This document shows, piece by piece, positions 61,132 to 64,000 of a stretch of 64,000 bases of DNA. This DNA is from an uncultured Verrucomicrobiae bacterium (GTDB lineage Bacteria; Verrucomicrobiota; Verrucomicrobiia; Chthoniobacterales; UBA10450): the NCBI GenBank assembly GCA_963756875.1, contig CAVWPA010000003.1, positions 1,536,001 to 1,600,000 of the forward strand, in the 5' to 3' direction. The stretch's first letter is position 1, and each line of letters starts with the position of its first letter. Below the pieces are notes generated by a model. It saw only the letters and a program-made list of their open reading frames with translations, searched no databases and was not told where the DNA came from. A program made the position numbers and the translations under genes.

Positions 61132-61188
61132 GGCAGGCGCATCGCCTGCCATGTCTTGGCTCGGCAAGCGGAGCGCTTGCCCTACAAT
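61125..61188. repeat. GTAG-type REP doublet downstream of RAYT (supplies its stop codon)
   Basis: attgtagggcaggcgcatcgcctgcc ... ggcaagcggagcgcttgccctacaat. Confidence 0.88.
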
Positions 61189-61277
61189 TGATCGCTGTGT
61201 CATGTCGGCATCCGTCAGTTTCTCGTTGTCGATCGTTCGTTTGGGCGTACGGTTTCGAGAAAGGGAGAAGTTAATTT

Positions 61278-62267
61278 ATGAGTAGCGCTGTTGCTGAAGA
61301 AAAGAAGACGAAACCGAGCCAACTCGAACAGCTCAAGAAATTTACCAAGGTCGTCGCCGACACCGGGGACTTTGAATCGATCAAGGAATTCAAGCCGCAG
61401 GACGCGACGACGAATCCGAGTCTGATCTACGCCGCTACCCAAAAGGAGCAATACGCCCATTTGCTCGAAGAAGTACTGGCGGACCGCAAGAAGTCGGGCC
61501 TAACCGGCGCGGCCCGGATCGAAGACATCATGGATCGCCTCCTCGTCCAGTTCGGCTGCGATATATTGGAGATTGTGCCCGGCCGCGTCTCCACGGAAAC
61601 CGATGCCCGCTTGTCTTTCGATGTCGAAGGTTCGATCAAAAAGGCGCGGCAACTGATCAAGCTCTACGCGGAGCGGAAGATCCCCCGCGAGCGCGTGTTG
61701 ATCAAAGTGGCGTCGACATGGGAAGGCATCAACGCGGCGGAGCAACTCCAGAAAGAAGGGATCAAGTGCAACCTGACGCTGATGTTTTCGCTTCCGCAGG
61801 CGGTGCGATGTGCCGAGGCGAAGGCGCAATTAATCTCGCCTTTCGTCGGCCGGATTTACGATTGGTACAAGGCGCATGAAAAGCGCGATTACACCGGGCC
61901 GGAAGATCCGGGCGTGCAGTCGGTCGATGAAATCTACACCTATTACAAGAAGTTCGGTTACCAGACCGAAGTGATGGGCGCGAGTTTTCGAAACACGGGA
62001 CAAATCCTGGAGCTCGCCGGTTGCGATGCGCTGACGATCAGCCCGGAATTGATGAAAGAGCTCTCCGGATCGCAGGAGCCGATCGAACGTAAGCTCGATC
62101 CGGAAAAGGCGAAAAGCGCGAAGATCGAAAAGTTGGACCTCGACGAGAAAAAGTTTCGTTTTCTGGTGAATGAGGACGCAATGGCGACGGAAAAACTGGC
62201 GGAAGGAATCCGCAAATTCGCGGCAGACGTGGTGAAGCTGGAAAAATTCGTGGCGAGCAAGCTTTGA
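61278..62267 (+). CDS. tal: Transaldolase
   Basis: [45 protein letters not shown]. Confidence 0.97.
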   Translation: MSSAVAEEKKTKPSQLEQLKKFTKVVADTGDFESIKEFKPQDATTNPSLIYAATQKEQYAHLLEEVLADRKKSGLTGAARIEDIMDRLLVQFGCDILEIVPGRVSTETDARLSFDVEGSIKKARQLIKLYAERKIPRERVLIKVASTWEGINAAEQLQKEGIKCNLTLMFSLPQAVRCAEAKAQLISPFVGRIYDWYKAHEKRDYTGPEDPGVQSVDEIYTYYKKFGYQTEVMGASFRNTGQILELAGCDALTISPELMKELSGSQEPIERKLDPEKAKSAKIEKLDLDEKKFRFLVNEDAMATEKLAEGIRKFAADVVKLEKFVASKL

Positions 62268-62341
62268 ACCACGGATTACACGGATCAAACGGATAGATCA
62301 GACTGATTCAGGAATCTGTGACATCCGTGGTTCGGGCTTGT

Positions 62342-62788
62342 GTGTTTAACATTGTCTTGATCGAACCGGAGATCCCTCCGAATACCGGAAATATCGGCCG
62401 GCTTTGCCTGGCGACACGGTCGGCCCTGCATCTGGTTAAGCCGCTGGGGTTTTCGCTGGACGATCGACAACTGAAACGTGCGGGACTCGATTATTGGGAC
62501 GAAGTCGATCTGCGCGTCTGGGATTCTTTCGCCCAGCTGCAATCCAAACAGAAGCCCGGTGCGCGGTACTTCTTTCTCACGACGAAAACGCAGCGCGCTT
62601 ACTACGATATCAAATTTGCGCGTGGAGATTTTCTTATCTTCGGGCGTGAAACGAAAGGGCTCCCTGAGCCCTTGTTGGCTGCAAACGACGACCATTGCAT
62701 CAGCATTCCGATGCATGGGACGCGCAGTTTGAACCTCGCAACGGCGGTGGCGATTGTTTTGTTTGAAGCGGTGCGGCAACAGCGGTGA
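62342..62788 (+). CDS. trmL: tRNA (cytidine(34)-2'-O)-methyltransferase
   Basis: EPEIPPNTGNIGR, RAGLDYW, FGRETKGL, RSLNLA. Confidence 0.94.
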   Translation: MFNIVLIEPEIPPNTGNIGRLCLATRSALHLVKPLGFSLDDRQLKRAGLDYWDEVDLRVWDSFAQLQSKQKPGARYFFLTTKTQRAYYDIKFARGDFLIFGRETKGLPEPLLAANDDHCISIPMHGTRSLNLATAVAIVLFEAVRQQR

Positions 62789-62962
62789 CGGTTGTCCTCA
62801 CTGGCAGGTCCATTGATTGCCGCCGAGGACTCCGAAAGGGCTCGCGAGCAGGCGGCGGCCTCTACAAGGCGGCCATAGACATCGTCGAAGGCGATAGTTA
62901 ACGACGTTGAATAATATGTCCGCCAGCGTTGTCTAAGGTGTTTGGGAAGAAAAAGGGAGATT

Positions 62963-63814
62963 ATGAAACGAATTCTATCTTTAATATGTGTTGGGAGTCT
63001 TGCGCTAATGCTGCCGATGGCTGCGCAAGCGGCGAGACATCGGGGCGACAAGAATGCCAAAGGTGAAACGCATGCTGCCGCGACCGGCCGAGCGTCGGTT
63101 TCAAGAGGAGTCAGAGGCACGCATGCCAGCGTGAGCGGCCGTTCTCATTTTAGAGCGCGAAGCGGGAACATGGCCAACGCCCGCGTCCGTGCTTATAACC
63201 ACACGAACCGCACGCGCGTAGCCGCGCGCACAAACGCGGTTGCCAATCGTTCAAACAACCATGTCCGGACGTTTCGTGGGAGAAACCTCGCCACGAACAA
63301 CCGCATTCGCACACGAAACAATGTGGCAGTTAACCGCCAAAGAAATATCAATCGTAATCGGAATGTGACGATTACCCGGCAACGAAACGCCAGGATCGTT
63401 AATCACTGGCGGGGTGACCGTTTTAGCGGAAGAAGCTATGCAGCGTTTCGCAATTATCACCGGGAATGGCACAACCGTTACTGGTGGCATAACCATTACA
63501 ATCGCATCGAGTTTGTTCTCGGTGGTTGGTGGTATTGGGATGCCGGCTACTGGTATCCGGCCTGGGGTTATGCTCCAGGGGCGTACTATCCGTACTACGG
63601 ACCAATTTATACCGGCTACGCCAGTCTGACGCCTTATCAGGCGACCGTAAATGTGCAGGTTCAGCTGCAACAGGAGGGTTATTATGCCGGCCCGATCGAC
63701 GGCATTCTTGGACCGCAGACGCGTGGAGCGCTTGCGGCGTTTCAGGCGGACCATGGATTGGCGATCACTTCGGCAATCGACGAGCCAACCCTTGCAACGC
63801 TTGGGTTAACGTAA
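62963..63814 (+). CDS. Secreted R/N-rich protein with C-terminal peptidoglycan-binding domain
   Basis: VQVQLQQEGYYAGPIDGILGPQTRGALAAFQADHGL. Confidence 0.85.
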   Translation: MKRILSLICVGSLALMLPMAAQAARHRGDKNAKGETHAAATGRASVSRGVRGTHASVSGRSHFRARSGNMANARVRAYNHTNRTRVAARTNAVANRSNNHVRTFRGRNLATNNRIRTRNNVAVNRQRNINRNRNVTITRQRNARIVNHWRGDRFSGRSYAAFRNYHREWHNRYWWHNHYNRIEFVLGGWWYWDAGYWYPAWGYAPGAYYPYYGPIYTGYASLTPYQATVNVQVQLQQEGYYAGPIDGILGPQTRGALAAFQADHGLAITSAIDEPTLATLGLT

Positions 63815-63835
63815 TACATGCGAGTTGAGTCATTT

Positions 63836-63881
63836 AAGCAGAGCCGCGCGATGAGTTCATCACGCGGCTCGCTTGCTTTTT
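63836..63881 (+). terminator. Putative intrinsic terminator
   Basis: gagccgcgcgatga..tcatcacgcggctc hairpin followed by a T run. Confidence 0.6.
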
Positions 63882-64000
63882 AAACGGGTGGCAGGGCTAA
63901 AATTTTGTTCGCAAGATGGTCTCCGTTACAGCAACTTAGCGCCAAGAATTGAGTTGAATAAGTACAACAAAGGAAATGTCTAACAACCCAAGGAGTAAAT

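Overview
GC-rich bacterial chromosome segment, probably Verrucomicrobiota (Chthoniobacterales-like; inferred from gene style, not verified). Bases 1-13,400 are a chromosomal integron. Its integrase (12368-13393, minus) is co-oriented with, and immediately upstream of, a putative attI and 18 cassettes delimited by ~123-bp attC sites. In 15 of 16 uninterrupted attC sites an internal ATG/GTG lies in frame with the TAG of the terminal GTTAG (13 span exactly 69 nt), preceded by a -10-like hexamer. This suggests attC-encoded leader peptides or promoters that drive the SD-less cassette genes. Several attC sites carry insertions: a ~228-bp MITE-like element and tiny hairpins also found in dispersed repeats. 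The rest is core or accessory metabolism: lepA-lepB, hpnD-like, ubiD, moaA-moaC-mog, dnaX-ybaB, nfeD-slipin, tRNA-Val, purL-purF-purM, class III aminotransferase, tal, trmL. It also holds two REP-associated tyrosine transposases, many REP families and mosaics of heptamer repeats, several inserted in frame into PurL, UbiD and DnaX. Multiple single-base frameshifts (intI, purL, purF, a TPR gene, cassettes) are most likely sequencing or assembly indels.
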